From Ignavibacteriota bacterium (GTDB lineage Bacteria > Bacteroidota > Ignavibacteria > UBA10030): a stretch of 64,000 bases of DNA. The translations under genes and the position numbers were made by a program. The notes under the pieces are model-generated. The model saw only the letters and a list, made by a program, of their open reading frames with translations. It had not been told where the DNA came from and made no database searches. Numbering within the stretch: the stretch's first letter is position 1; every line of letters starts with the position of its first letter. The stretch is taken from assembly GCA_963701295.1 (NCBI GenBank), contig OY969585.1:1184001-1248000 (forward strand), written 5' to 3'. This document shows, piece by piece, positions 51,602 to 61,482 of the stretch.

Positions 51602-52621
51602 TTATCGAAATGAAATGCCAACACCGATCGCTGCAACTGGTGTCTTCGCAAAGCTGTAATCAGCATGTAAGTTTACGATAGCCAACAATAATCGAAGTCC
51701 AAAGGTTGCTCTGGATTTGTCTTCTCCGGTGAAACTTTGCCCTGGGATTGAAAAATCTATCGGTGTCCCACCCATGATACTCAGACTACTTGTTATCGTG
51801 TTCAGCATGAATGAGGCTTTTTCCACCTGCACACCACCATACAATGTGAGGAATAAGAACCGCTTACTTACTTCAATACCGAAGGCTGTGCCAGTCGCAT
51901 TGAAGATATCATTATCGTTTTTCGATTTAAAATTCATTTTCTGAGTCATGAAGTGAATGGCAATATGCGCTGGCAACTTTCGAAGAAACTGATCAAGATT
52001 ATAACGGAGACCAAAACCCATATAGTTGAAATTACCGGCATCGCCGGCTGAAACTGTCGGAATAAATCTCATAAGTACTTCCAAACCGAATGGCAGGCCA
52101 ATTGCCGCTTGAGGCATAGGTAACGGGACTGCAGGAAGATCAAATCCGTTTGGAATTTGAAAAATGACATCGCTGCCTCCGTTTGCTGCTTTATATGTAT
52201 TATAGTAAATACTTGAAGATTTCATTCTCACATAATATTTCGTGTTCTTATCACCAACGGCTGTCGGTACACCGGTAACAACACTATCATAATCTTGTCC
52301 GGCATGAAGCTGCACAGCCCCATTGTTGATATTGATAAAATCCGGTGTTATAAAATCATATTTTTTGTCACTAGCCGTGATGAAAGAAAAACCAACTTTA
52401 ACGCCCACATCAAAGCCGAGAACACCATGCAAATCTGCGGAGTGATAAAATCCCGAATTTAAGTCGGCAGCAAATCCATTGAAAATCGGATTCACATAAT
52501 TTTTTACATTCAAAGCGCCCACCCTGCTTAATTCCGCAGACAAATCTTGAGCAACAACAAAGCTGCTGATTGTAGTAATAACGCATACAACTGCCAAAAG
52601 ATATCGTACAATAGATTTCAC
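51602..52621 (-). CDS. DUF6588-like putative outer-membrane beta-barrel protein
   Basis: Signal peptide, GFDVGVK, PMPQAAIGLP, amphipathic beta strands, GISFR end. Confidence 0.65.
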   Translation of the reverse strand: MKSIVRYLLAVVCVITTISSFVVAQDLSAELSRVGALNVKNYVNPIFNGFAADLNSGFYHSADLHGVLGFDVGVKVGFSFITASDKKYDFITPDFININNGAVQLHAGQDYDSVVTGVPTAVGDKNTKYYVRMKSSSIYYNTYKAANGGSDVIFQIPNGFDLPAVPLPMPQAAIGLPFGLEVLMRFIPTVSAGDAGNFNYMGFGLRYNLDQFLRKLPAHIAIHFMTQKMNFKSKNDNDIFNATGTAFGIEVSKRFLFLTLYGGVQVEKASFMLNTITSSLSIMGGTPIDFSIPGQSFTGEDKSRATFGLRLLLAIVNLHADYSFAKTPVAAIGVGISFR

Positions 52622-53078
52622 AAAAAAGTTCCTTATGATGTCAAAGTATAAATGATATTTGTAAAAGAGGTTCTCTTATGTTAAAGATCTATTTTTTAAT
52701 TATCTATAAATAGTAAGATAAGAGAAGATATCCCAAAAGCAATGCTTATGGAGAGACCTTAATAAACTTTGAGTATCATCTCATCACTAATCCCCTAAAA
52801 TCCCTATGCAACAACAGTACAAATTCTTGAACTGCTCTTCAATAACACATTATGCTCCTCCAATAGATGTGTAACGATGTGCACTAATACAGCAACGAAA
52901 AGCTATTACAGTAATACTTATAGAGGAAAGGTTGAAGATAAAATATACTTCTTTTGGAGAATTTGTGTTTTTCTTCTATCTTACTTATATGTGAAAGGGG
53001 GATGGCTCTTCCTATTTTGGCAACTGATGCCGGTCAGAGTGAGTAGTCCCCAATAAATATTATCTAAAGGAGTATTGT

Positions 53079-53456
53079 ATGAAGAAATTGATGTTTGTTC
53101 TTGTATTTGCCATCGCGGTCGTCACTTCGCAAACAATGATTCCCCAGGAAAAGCCAGTGGAGAAAAAGGGCGAGAAAACTAGTGAGAAAGAAATAAAAGG
53201 TGCAAAAAAGGTGAAATGTAAACACGAGGAAGGCAAGGGAAAGAAATCGTGTAAAAAGAAATGCGAAAAAGAATGCAAAATGAAATGCTGCAATAAGTGT
53301 ACTGGAGAAAAATGTGATGGAAAGTGCTGTGCTAAGTGTGCAGAATGCAAGAAAGAGTACAAAAGGAAGTGCGAAAAGGACAGCATCGAATGCGTCACGA
53401 AGCATGAAATGAAGAAAGCTGAAAAGAAAGAAGTGAATATCGAAGAAAAGAAGTAA
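53079..53456 (+). CDS. Small secreted Cys/Lys-rich protein
   Basis: AAGGAG RBS, signal peptide, 14 Cys including two KCCxKC motifs, own downstream terminator. Confidence 0.75.
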   Translation: MKKLMFVLVFAIAVVTSQTMIPQEKPVEKKGEKTSEKEIKGAKKVKCKHEEGKGKKSCKKKCEKECKMKCCNKCTGEKCDGKCCAKCAECKKEYKRKCEKDSIECVTKHEMKKAEKKEVNIEEKK

Positions 53457-53481
53457 CGGTCGGTAATATTGGTAACAAAAA

Positions 53482-53514
53482 AAAAGCCGTCTCGATTTGA
53501 TCAAGACAGCTTTT
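53482..53514 (+). terminator. Intrinsic terminator
   Basis: Imperfect stem AAAAGCCGTCT...AGACAGCTTTT. Confidence 0.6.
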
Positions 53515-53673
53515 GTATTGTACGGTTTGAATATCGCCATACTTTTCTGTAGTTTGTCATTGACCCTGATTGTCCGGAAATTCCGTGATAGTTGGGGTAA
53601 AGTATTTTCTGGAAGAGTTGTCAACAGGCAGCTCCTTGATGGATGTTAACCTGAACAATCGAGTCCGTGTCGT

Positions 53674-56600
53674 GTGATTGAAACCATCCAAAGGAAAATC
53701 GTAGAAAGCGAACCGTTCAGAAAACTGACGACAGCGATAGAATCGCTACATCCTGGTACTCCGATTCAGGTGCATGGCATCAGCGGTTCATTGATGGCGT
53801 TTGTAACGGTGCATCTCTTCGAATCTTGTCAGACTCAAATGCTTCTTGTCGTTCCTCATAAAGATCGCGCTGAACAACTCCGCGATGATTGTGCACTTCT
53901 TCTTGGAGAGTCGCCTGTGCATATCTTTGCTTCGGGTCCCGCCCATGCAGCCAAGCTGCTTGATATGAGCGCACCTATTGCGCAGATGGAAGCACTCCGT
54001 GCTTTATCACGTTCCGAACGTGTGCTTATTATTGCTTCAGCTGAAGCATTGACAATCCAGCTCCCAGCACCGAAACGATTTACCGAACGCTCCATTGAAT
54101 TGGAAATCAAAAAGGAATATCCATTCGAGCACTTAATTCAGAAACTTATAGGGTTTGGCTTCGAGAAAAAGGATTTCGTCGAGGAATACGGCGACTTCGC
54201 AGTGCGCGGCGGTATTCTGGACATTTTTCCTTTTGTCGGGGATAATCCGATCCGCTTCGAATTCTGGGGCGATTCGATTGAATCCATCCGCGAGTTTGAT
54301 GTGCTTTCCCAGCGCTCCATCCGCGAGCTGCAAACGGCAAGTGTGGTAGCACACCTCACTTCTGATGTTGCTGATGAAAAGGAATCTCGAGTTTCATTCT
54401 TCGATTATCTTTCCCATGACGCGCTCATCTTTCTTGACGAGCCGTTGATGATTGAAAAAGAAATCGATGAGCTTTTTCAAGAAGGGTATTCGGATCTTCT
54501 TGATTGGAAAACACTGGAAATACAAGCACACTCCTTCATACGTTTACATCATTCTCATATTCGAAATTTTCAGAGTGCGTTGTCTATTGATTTTCAAAGC
54601 CATCCTCAGCCGGCATTAGGCGGCAGCGTTAAGAGACTTGTTGAGCATATTCGGAAATCCTCTGGTCAAGACTGCGATGTCTATCTCGCGTGCGATACAA
54701 GGGAAGAGAGTGAACGTCTCAGCGAATTGATCGATGAAGAACTGACAGCACCGGATGAATCGGGAATCATCCCGCAAACGGCGCGGGACGCTGAAGAACG
54801 CGGAGATCAAAAATCACCCGATCGCCATTTAGGCGTGGATTCTGGAAATCAGGAACGAGAAAATATTGATGAAATGGATTGGGATTCCGGGAAATACGAA
54901 AGTCGGGATGAAGACGATATTCATCAAATCTCAAACTTTCTCACTCCAATACAATATACTTTCCTTCTTGAGGCCATCCACTCGGGATTTATTTATCCCC
55001 CTGCAAAGATTACAATTTTCACCGAGCATGAAATCTTTGGCAGATTGAAACGGCGGGGAACAACAAAACGGAAAAAGTTCAAGGGATTCACACAAAAGGA
55101 ACTCCAGCAGCTCAAGCGGGGCGACTTTGTTGTGCATCAAGATTATGGTATCGGGCAATTTGCTGGATTGCAGAAGATTAAAGTGCGCGGTGTCGAAACG
55201 GAAGTGATGAAGCTTGTGTACGAAGAAAACGATACTCTCTATGTTCATCTCAATTTTATTTATCGTGTGGAAAAATATTCCTCGCAGGAAGGTCATACAC
55301 CGAAGCTCAACAAACTTGGCGGCGCAGATTGGGACAGACTGAAGTCCAAAGCGCGGAAGAAAATCAAAGATATCGCCCGCGATCTCATCAAACTGTACGC
55401 ACGGCGCAAGCACGAGCAGGGATTTTCATTTGCTCCCGACACGCACTGGCAAAAGGAAATGGAAGCATCGTTCCTCTATGAAGATACACCTGATCAAGCA
55501 AAATCAACGCTCAATGTGAAACAAGATATGGAGCAAGGATCGCCAATGGACCGGTTGATTTGCGGAGATGTCGGATTCGGCAAAACGGAAGTTGCTGTAC
55601 GGGCGGCATTCAAAGCAGTAATGAACGGCAAGCAAGTTGCTGTGCTTGTGCCGACAACAATTCTTGCACACCAGCACTTCAACACGTTTCTCGATCGCAT
55701 TGGGCGGTATTCGGTACGAGTAGAATCTCTTACGCGTTTCCGCGCAAAGAAAGAACAAACAGAGGTTTTGCAAGGACTCCAAGAGGGTAAAGTGGATATT
55801 TTGATTGGCACGCATCGTTTATTATCAAAAGATGTTGTGTTCAAAGATCTTGGCTTGCTCATCATCGATGAAGAACAGCGATTCGGTGTAGCGGCAAAAG
55901 AAAAATTGCGCCAGCTTCGGGCAAGTGTAGACACTCTTACTTTGACAGCAACTCCAATTCCACGGACATTGCAGTTTTCGCTGATGGGCGCACGTGATCT
56001 GTCGCTCATCAATACACCTCCCAGAAATAGAATTCCCATTCAAACGGAAATAGCGCAATTTGATCCCCAACTTATCCGTGAAGCTATCATGAAAGAACTG
56101 TATCGCGGCGGACAAGTGTACTTCGTGCATGATCGTGTTCAAAATATCGGAATCATCCAGTCGATGTTAGAAGAACATGTTCCAAAAGCTCGCTTCCATA
56201 TTGCACATGGACAGATGAAGGGACATGAATTGGAAAAGGCGATGATGGATTTTCTGGAAAGAAAGTATGATGTTCTTCTTTGTACAAAAATTATCGAATC
56301 CGGCATCGATATTCCCAGCGTGAACACGATCATCATCAATCGAGCAGACCGGTTTGGATTAGCAGAGTTGTATCAATTACGCGGTCGTGTGGGCAGATCC
56401 AATATTCAGGCATATGCATATCTTCTTACTCCACCGCTCTCCGTACTGCCGCGGATAACACTGCGGCGTTTGCAGGCAATTCAGGAGTTTACCGAGCTTG
56501 GTTCTGGATTCAATCTTGCTATGCGCGATCTTGAAATTCGCGGCGCGGGCAATCTTCTCGGCGGCGAGCAGTCCGGATTTATTTTGGAAATGGGTTTTGA

Positions 56601-57177
56601 GATGTACCAGCGCGTGGTAGAAGAAGCGGTTGTTGAGTTGAAGGAAGAGGAATTTGGAGAATTGGCCGAAGGGGAAAAGGAAGAAGGGAAACGAAAGAAA
56701 ACGGAGACAGTCATTGAAACCGATATCGAAGCGCTTATTCCGGATATTTACATTGAGCACGATTCTGAACGGCTGGACATCTACCGCCGGTTGTACCGGT
56801 GCGTTTCGCATGAAGAAGTCCATTCTATGCGGGGGGAATTACAGGATAGGTTCGGCGAGTATCCGGAGGAAGTAGAACATTTATTCCGGCTGGTTGAGTT
56901 GAAAATAACAGCGGCAAGAATTGGTTTTGTGAAGGTTGAATTAAGCGGTGAACTCCTCTCGCTTCATTTCCCTCCGCCGGAAGAAAAAGGATTTTATGAA
57001 GGCGATGAAGCGCCATTTCAGAAAATCACGGGGCGTATTCACAAGATGAAACAGTTCCAACCGCATCTCAAGCAGGACGGTAAGCAGTTGAAGCTTATAG
57101 CGCGAATCAAATTCTGCGATGAACCCAAAAACCGGCTTGCGGAAATATATTCTTTCTTACAAAGGCTTGAACAGTAA
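53674..57177 (+). CDS. mfd: Transcription-repair coupling factor
   Basis: UvrB-like N-terminus (RGGILD), CarD-like RID, CGDVGFGKTE, DEEQRFGV, QLRGRVGR, TRCF domain. Confidence 0.97.
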   Translation: MIETIQRKIVESEPFRKLTTAIESLHPGTPIQVHGISGSLMAFVTVHLFESCQTQMLLVVPHKDRAEQLRDDCALLLGESPVHIFASGPAHAAKLLDMSAPIAQMEALRALSRSERVLIIASAEALTIQLPAPKRFTERSIELEIKKEYPFEHLIQKLIGFGFEKKDFVEEYGDFAVRGGILDIFPFVGDNPIRFEFWGDSIESIREFDVLSQRSIRELQTASVVAHLTSDVADEKESRVSFFDYLSHDALIFLDEPLMIEKEIDELFQEGYSDLLDWKTLEIQAHSFIRLHHSHIRNFQSALSIDFQSHPQPALGGSVKRLVEHIRKSSGQDCDVYLACDTREESERLSELIDEELTAPDESGIIPQTARDAEERGDQKSPDRHLGVDSGNQERENIDEMDWDSGKYESRDEDDIHQISNFLTPIQYTFLLEAIHSGFIYPPAKITIFTEHEIFGRLKRRGTTKRKKFKGFTQKELQQLKRGDFVVHQDYGIGQFAGLQKIKVRGVETEVMKLVYEENDTLYVHLNFIYRVEKYSSQEGHTPKLNKLGGADWDRLKSKARKKIKDIARDLIKLYARRKHEQGFSFAPDTHWQKEMEASFLYEDTPDQAKSTLNVKQDMEQGSPMDRLICGDVGFGKTEVAVRAAFKAVMNGKQVAVLVPTTILAHQHFNTFLDRIGRYSVRVESLTRFRAKKEQTEVLQGLQEGKVDILIGTHRLLSKDVVFKDLGLLIIDEEQRFGVAAKEKLRQLRASVDTLTLTATPIPRTLQFSLMGARDLSLINTPPRNRIPIQTEIAQFDPQLIREAIMKELYRGGQVYFVHDRVQNIGIIQSMLEEHVPKARFHIAHGQMKGHELEKAMMDFLERKYDVLLCTKIIESGIDIPSVNTIIINRADRFGLAELYQLRGRVGRSNIQAYAYLLTPPLSVLPRITLRRLQAIQEFTELGSGFNLAMRDLEIRGAGNLLGGEQSGFILEMGFEMYQRVVEEAVVELKEEEFGELAEGEKEEGKRKKTETVIETDIEALIPDIYIEHDSERLDIYRRLYRCVSHEEVHSMRGELQDRFGEYPEEVEHLFRLVELKITAARIGFVKVELSGELLSLHFPPPEEKGFYEGDEAPFQKITGRIHKMKQFQPHLKQDGKQLKLIARIKFCDEPKNRLAEIYSFLQRLEQ

Positions 57178-57185
57178 ACTGCCGG

Positions 57186-58055
57186 ATGCCTGTGCTACTC
57201 ACACAATCAAAAAATCAAAAATTTAATAAATTTACCATCAGCACTCTTCCTGCGACACCGGGAGTCTATCTTTTCTATGGTGAAGAAGATGTCTTGATGT
57301 ATGTTGGAAAAAGTAAAACCATCCGTGCGCGTGTGCGCTCACATTTCGCTGCCAAAGATGAACGCTGGTTGTCGAAACGTATCCGACGCATCGAAACTCG
57401 CGAAACCGCCGGTGAACTTGGCGCGCTTCTTCTGGAATCCAGGCTCATTAAAGAACTTCGCCCGATGTATAATGTCCGTTCGCGGCAACCGCGGCGCATT
57501 ATTGTTGCGCGACGCGTAGACAACGAACAAGGATACGCGACGGTAAAATTGGAAGCGGTCGATTATCTTGATCTCAAACCGGAAGCACCTATCCTTGGTA
57601 TCTTTAAACATAAAACACAGGCGAAGGAATTTCTCGACACAATTTCCAAAACTCACCGGCTGTGCTCAAAGCTGCTGCGGCTGGAAACATCGCGTGGGTG
57701 CTGTTTTCCGTATCATCTTGGACTATGCGATGGAGCATGTATTGGTGAGGAAGACCCGGCAGCATACAATGCGCGTGTGGATGCGGCATTTGAGGCACGC
57801 CGTATTATCGCCTGGCCGTTTGACGGTCCTGTCACTATTGAGGAAATCTCGAAGAATAAAAAACTTCGCGAAGTATTTGTGATCGATAATTGGTGCCTGA
57901 TCGGAGCTGATAAAAAAAATAGCAGTAACGGACAAAGTAGCAGTCCATCTACTCCACACCGCTTCGATTATGACAGCTATAAACTTCTCTATAGTTACAT
58001 AATGGAAGAAGGGAACAAAGTGAAGATGCAAAAAAGAGATGCGTCAATCCCTTGA
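57186..58055 (+). CDS. GIY-YIG nuclease, UvrC/Cho-like
   Basis: PGVYLF...YVGKS..IRARVRSHF, ALLLESRLIK.P.YN, Cys cluster CF.YHLGLCDGAC. Confidence 0.88.
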   Translation: MPVLLTQSKNQKFNKFTISTLPATPGVYLFYGEEDVLMYVGKSKTIRARVRSHFAAKDERWLSKRIRRIETRETAGELGALLLESRLIKELRPMYNVRSRQPRRIIVARRVDNEQGYATVKLEAVDYLDLKPEAPILGIFKHKTQAKEFLDTISKTHRLCSKLLRLETSRGCCFPYHLGLCDGACIGEEDPAAYNARVDAAFEARRIIAWPFDGPVTIEEISKNKKLREVFVIDNWCLIGADKKNSSNGQSSSPSTPHRFDYDSYKLLYSYIMEEGNKVKMQKRDASIP

Positions 58056-58102
58056 GAGTCTTTTCTGAAGAACTGATTTCAATCACTCTTTGTTACACTT
58101 AT

Positions 58103-58765
58103 ATGAAAATAAGTACACCGGCACTGCTAATAAACCGAAGCAAATTTTATAGAATTGCTTTGGGGCTTGCAGTTTTTACTATCCTCTATAATATAGCCGA
58201 AGGGCTCGTGTCTATGTATTTCGGTTATCAGAATGAAAGTCTCGTATTGTTTGGTTTTGGTGCCGATAGTTTCATCGAAGTTCTTTCAGGATTCGGCATT
58301 GCGCATATGGTGCTGCGTATTCAGAGAAAACCGCAGAGCAATCGTGATGATTTCGAGCGGACCGCATTGATGGTGACCGGATATGCATTTTATATGTTGG
58401 TTCTCGGACTTACTGCAACAAGTATGTACAACCTTTGGATAGGGCGTAAACCCGAAACAACTCTATGGGGAGTGATTATTGCACTGATCTCTATTGCGGT
58501 GATGTGGGTTCTTGTGATAAGAAAAAGAAAAGTCGGCATGCAGTTGAATTCTGCCGCCATACTCGCAGATGTTGAATGCACAAAGGTTTGCATCTACATG
58601 TCTCTCATATTACTTCTTTCGAGCGGCGTCTATGAACTGACACGATTTGCGTTTGTAGATATTCTCGGAACTCTTGGGCTTGCCTACCTGTCGTTTAAAG
58701 AAGGACGTGAATGTTTTAAAAAGGCAGAAGGGAACAACCATTGCTCCTGCAAAGATGGACAGTAG
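58103..58765 (+). CDS. Cation efflux (CDF-like) membrane protein
   Basis: YNIAEG, GFGADSFIE, AILAD, six TMs, C-terminal HCSC. Confidence 0.8.
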   Translation: MKISTPALLINRSKFYRIALGLAVFTILYNIAEGLVSMYFGYQNESLVLFGFGADSFIEVLSGFGIAHMVLRIQRKPQSNRDDFERTALMVTGYAFYMLVLGLTATSMYNLWIGRKPETTLWGVIIALISIAVMWVLVIRKRKVGMQLNSAAILADVECTKVCIYMSLILLLSSGVYELTRFAFVDILGTLGLAYLSFKEGRECFKKAEGNNHCSCKDGQ

Positions 58766-58965
58766 CCGTCCAAAAAAGTAAAGTATTGTCACTCCCGCCT
58801 GCCAAAACGAAGCGACGGGCAAGCGTACGCAAAAATCTCATTATAAATAATAAAAATACATATGTCAAAGGTATCTCAGGAACCTATTTACACCCCGTGA
58901 TGTTATATATACAGAGAACAGAGAATTCTCCTTACTATTGAAAACTTTTCATAAGGAGGTGAAAG

Positions 58966-59604
58966 ATGAAAATTGCAACCGTAGTGATTGTCGTAGCACT
59001 ATTATTTGTTACCGCACCAGTCCCGGGTATTTCACAGACTCTGCATGTTGTCATTGCCTCGGTGGGTATGACGTTTACTCCTGCCGACCTGACGATCAAT
59101 GTGGGAGATACAGTACGATGGGAAAATCAAGGTGGTGGATTCCACAATGTTGTGGCGGATGATGGGAGTTTTACAAATGGACCGGCTTCAACCTTCGCTT
59201 GGACATATGTGAGAGTATTTACATCCGTCGGAAATTTTCGATACTATTGTGCCATACACGGCGCTCCCGGCGGTGTAGGAATGTCGGGCATTATACGAGT
59301 AATTTCTTCAACTGGCATCAATGATAATGCTGTCCAACCCGATCGATTTCTCGTGGAACAAAATTATCCAAATCCGTTCAATCCCACAACGACAATACGA
59401 TATACTCTCTCGCAAAGCGGTCTTGTGACTGTGAAAGTATTCAATATCCTCGGTGAAGAACTGGCAACCCTTGCCAATGGAAAAGAATCGGTAGGCTCCC
59501 ATGAAATACAATTTAATGTAGCAAGTCTACCGAGCGGAATCTATTTCTATAGAGTACAAGACGGGAATGTTACTCAAACGAAGAAGATGTTGTTGTTGAA
59601 ATGA
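58966..59604 (+). CDS. Plastocyanin-like cupredoxin with T9SS C-terminal domain
   Basis: FTPADLTINVGDTVRW, HNV, YYCAIH...M type-1 copper ligands, QNYPNPFNP domain. Confidence 0.88.
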   Translation: MKIATVVIVVALLFVTAPVPGISQTLHVVIASVGMTFTPADLTINVGDTVRWENQGGGFHNVVADDGSFTNGPASTFAWTYVRVFTSVGNFRYYCAIHGAPGGVGMSGIIRVISSTGINDNAVQPDRFLVEQNYPNPFNPTTTIRYTLSQSGLVTVKVFNILGEELATLANGKESVGSHEIQFNVASLPSGIYFYRVQDGNVTQTKKMLLLK

Positions 59605-59634
59605 TTTTTTAATACAGTGGTGTATTAAAGAATA

Positions 59635-59668
59635 AAAAAGCTCGCAATATTGATGTGAGCTTTTTATT
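59635..59668 (+). terminator. Intrinsic terminator
   Basis: AAAAAGCTC...GAGCTTTTT. Confidence 0.7.
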
Positions 59669-59719
59669 TATTGTTCTTTCCTGTCTACGCACCCCCATCT
59701 CGCCGAGGCGCACGCCTTC

Positions 59720-59865
59720 ACCTAACACATATAAAAATAAATTGTAATTTAACAATAAAAAACCACGGGCTTATGCTAGTTGTTTACACGAGAATGTCTG
59801 CGTAACTTTAATTATCACGCTTCGCGTGATAAACATTATGACGCGGCTATGCGAAAAAGTTAGTT
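59720..59865 (+). other. Degenerate attC-like site
   Basis: ACCTAAC at 59720, palindrome TTATCACGC-TTC-GCGTGATAA, 3' end CGCGGCTATGCGAAAAAGTTAG. Confidence 0.35.
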
Positions 59866-59966
59866 GTAGCACCCATAGAAATAGAAATAGTGCAGTCAAT
59901 TCTACAAATAGCGTTTCGTAATTATGTCAAGAAACTACGTATATTTATTTATCCGAGGATGCTCCT

Positions 59967-60638
59967 ATGTCGATGAGTCGAGACAAAAATCTGATAATTT
60001 CATATTTAACAATGCGAAGAATAATAGGTATTCTAGGAATAACCCTGCCTATTGTAGTTGTCGTAGGAGGATTTATACAAAATGGGTTTGCTATCCAAGG
60101 GTCAATAAGCGGTTATTATTATACAAACATGCGAGATTTTTTTGTTGGATTACTTTGCGGAGCTTCCCTGTTTCTCATATCATATAAAGGATATCAGAAA
60201 ATTGATGATCTAGTTGGAAACTTGAGCGGAATATTTGCTTTAGGAATAGTTATCTTCCCGACTTCACTGTACTCCGGGAAAGTTGTTCAGGTAGGAATGT
60301 TTCTTATCGATGATACTATTTCCGGATATATCCATTTAATTTTTAGCGCATTATTTTTTCTTTCATTGTCATTCAATTCGATGTTCCTCTTTACAAGGCG
60401 CGGCCCTGGCGTTTTGGGTAAGGAAAAAAAGCGAAGAAATATGATATATCGTTTTTGCGGGATCATCATGACCGTTACAATAACATGTGCAATTATTTAT
60501 ACATTATTTCTAAGAAAAACGGTTATTTCAAAAATATACCCGGTGATAATATTAGAAACTATTGCATTACTAGCGTTCGGTGTTTCTTGGTTGATAAAAG
60601 GACATACATTATTTAAGGATAAGAGTATTGAATATTGA
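59967..60638 (+). CDS. AT-rich multi-TM membrane protein (DUF998-like)
   Basis: About six TMs, SISGYYY, HLIFSALFF, FGVSWLIKG. Confidence 0.78.
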   Translation: MSMSRDKNLIISYLTMRRIIGILGITLPIVVVVGGFIQNGFAIQGSISGYYYTNMRDFFVGLLCGASLFLISYKGYQKIDDLVGNLSGIFALGIVIFPTSLYSGKVVQVGMFLIDDTISGYIHLIFSALFFLSLSFNSMFLFTRRGPGVLGKEKKRRNMIYRFCGIIMTVTITCAIIYTLFLRKTVISKIYPVIILETIALLAFGVSWLIKGHTLFKDKSIEY

Positions 60639-60737
60639 TTGTTCGAAGAGTGGGTTGTGCGTCTCGCCGCTTTACCACATGTGCTTGGTCCTGTTGGGCT
60701 CATAAAATACCGCACAAGTAATCTTGAGACATCATTG

Positions 60738-60890
60738 CTCATTGTGGTCATTGAATTCCCGACAGCAGAAAAAGCAAAGGAGTTTTACAATTCTCATGAA
60801 TACCGGCAAGCAAAAGAACTTCGGAAAAATGCAGCCATCGGTGAGATTATTGTTGTCGAGTGTGTACTGAATCCGGGAGCTAATCGCTAA
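60738..60890 (+). pseudogene. DUF1330-like C-terminal fragment
   Basis: VVIEFPTAEKAKEFYNSHEYRQAKELR matches the C-terminal half of DUF1330; the N-terminal half is not recognisable. Confidence 0.6.
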
Positions 60891-61179
60891 CTAAAAAAAG
60901 GGAAAGATTCTCAACAACCAAAAATTAAAAGATTATTATTGTACTGGTATGTTGGGAGAAAACTCCTAGTACCACCATAGTTCTTCAAAGCTCTCTTGTG
61001 GAAGAAGGGATAAGTTGTTACTAAATCTTCTGTCAGGATTTATGCACCGACACCAAAGTCAAAACAAAAGACAGTTATTTAATAACAACATAGCGGCAAC
61101 TTCCGACGGCAAAAACATCATTTCCCCGCAGAAACACTCCTCAATCTCAGGTTTGGATTAAAATTTTTCTGCTTAACTC

Positions 61180-61208
61180 TTGACAAACTCAAAAGATTTT
61201 CGTATGGT
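61180..61208 (+). promoter_or_regulatory. sigma70-type promoter of the ilv operon
   Basis: TTGACA-17 nt-TATGGT. Confidence 0.7.
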
Positions 61209-61235
61209 GTAATAGAATTTATTTACTGAAATACA

Positions 61236-61388
61236 GTGAAACAGAACAACCATAGAACCTCTTTTACATCAACTAACACAGTCGGAAAAAACATCCGGCC
61301 AACGGTTCTTCTGTCCACACTGGGCAATTTACCGCTGACTCTTATTCTTAGCCTCCTGCTTGTACTTAGCCTTATTATTGTAGGCTGA
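61236..61388 (+). CDS. Putative ilv leader peptide (50 aa)
   Basis: GTG...TGA; ends LPLTLILSLLLVLSLIIVG and lies between the promoter and ilvD. Confidence 0.65.
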   Translation: MKQNNHRTSFTSTNTVGKNIRPTVLLSTLGNLPLTLILSLLLVLSLIIVG

Positions 61389-61393
61389 GGAAG

Positions 61394-61482
61394 GCCAGAG
61401 GCGACGAAGCACACCGAAATCGGTACCCCACAAATTCAGGTTTTGCAGCGTTCACCTCTGGCAGAGGAAAAAAGTGTTTTTT
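61394..61482 (+). promoter_or_regulatory. Putative attenuator (antiterminator / terminator)
   Basis: GCCAGAGG can pair with CCTCTGGC, which alternatively folds as CCTCT-GGC-AGAGG ahead of GTG and a T7 run. Confidence 0.55.

Noticed and set aside
52998-53035. Fluoride riboswitch (GGGGATGG...CTGATG resemblance)
   Set aside because: Pseudoknot pairing and the conserved internal and 3' nucleotides are missing, and the downstream gene is not fluoride-related
53060-53624. Minus-strand Phe/His/Leu-rich ORFs
   Set aside because: Antisense shadows of the Lys/Glu/Cys-rich plus-strand gene, which has the RBS, signal peptide and terminator
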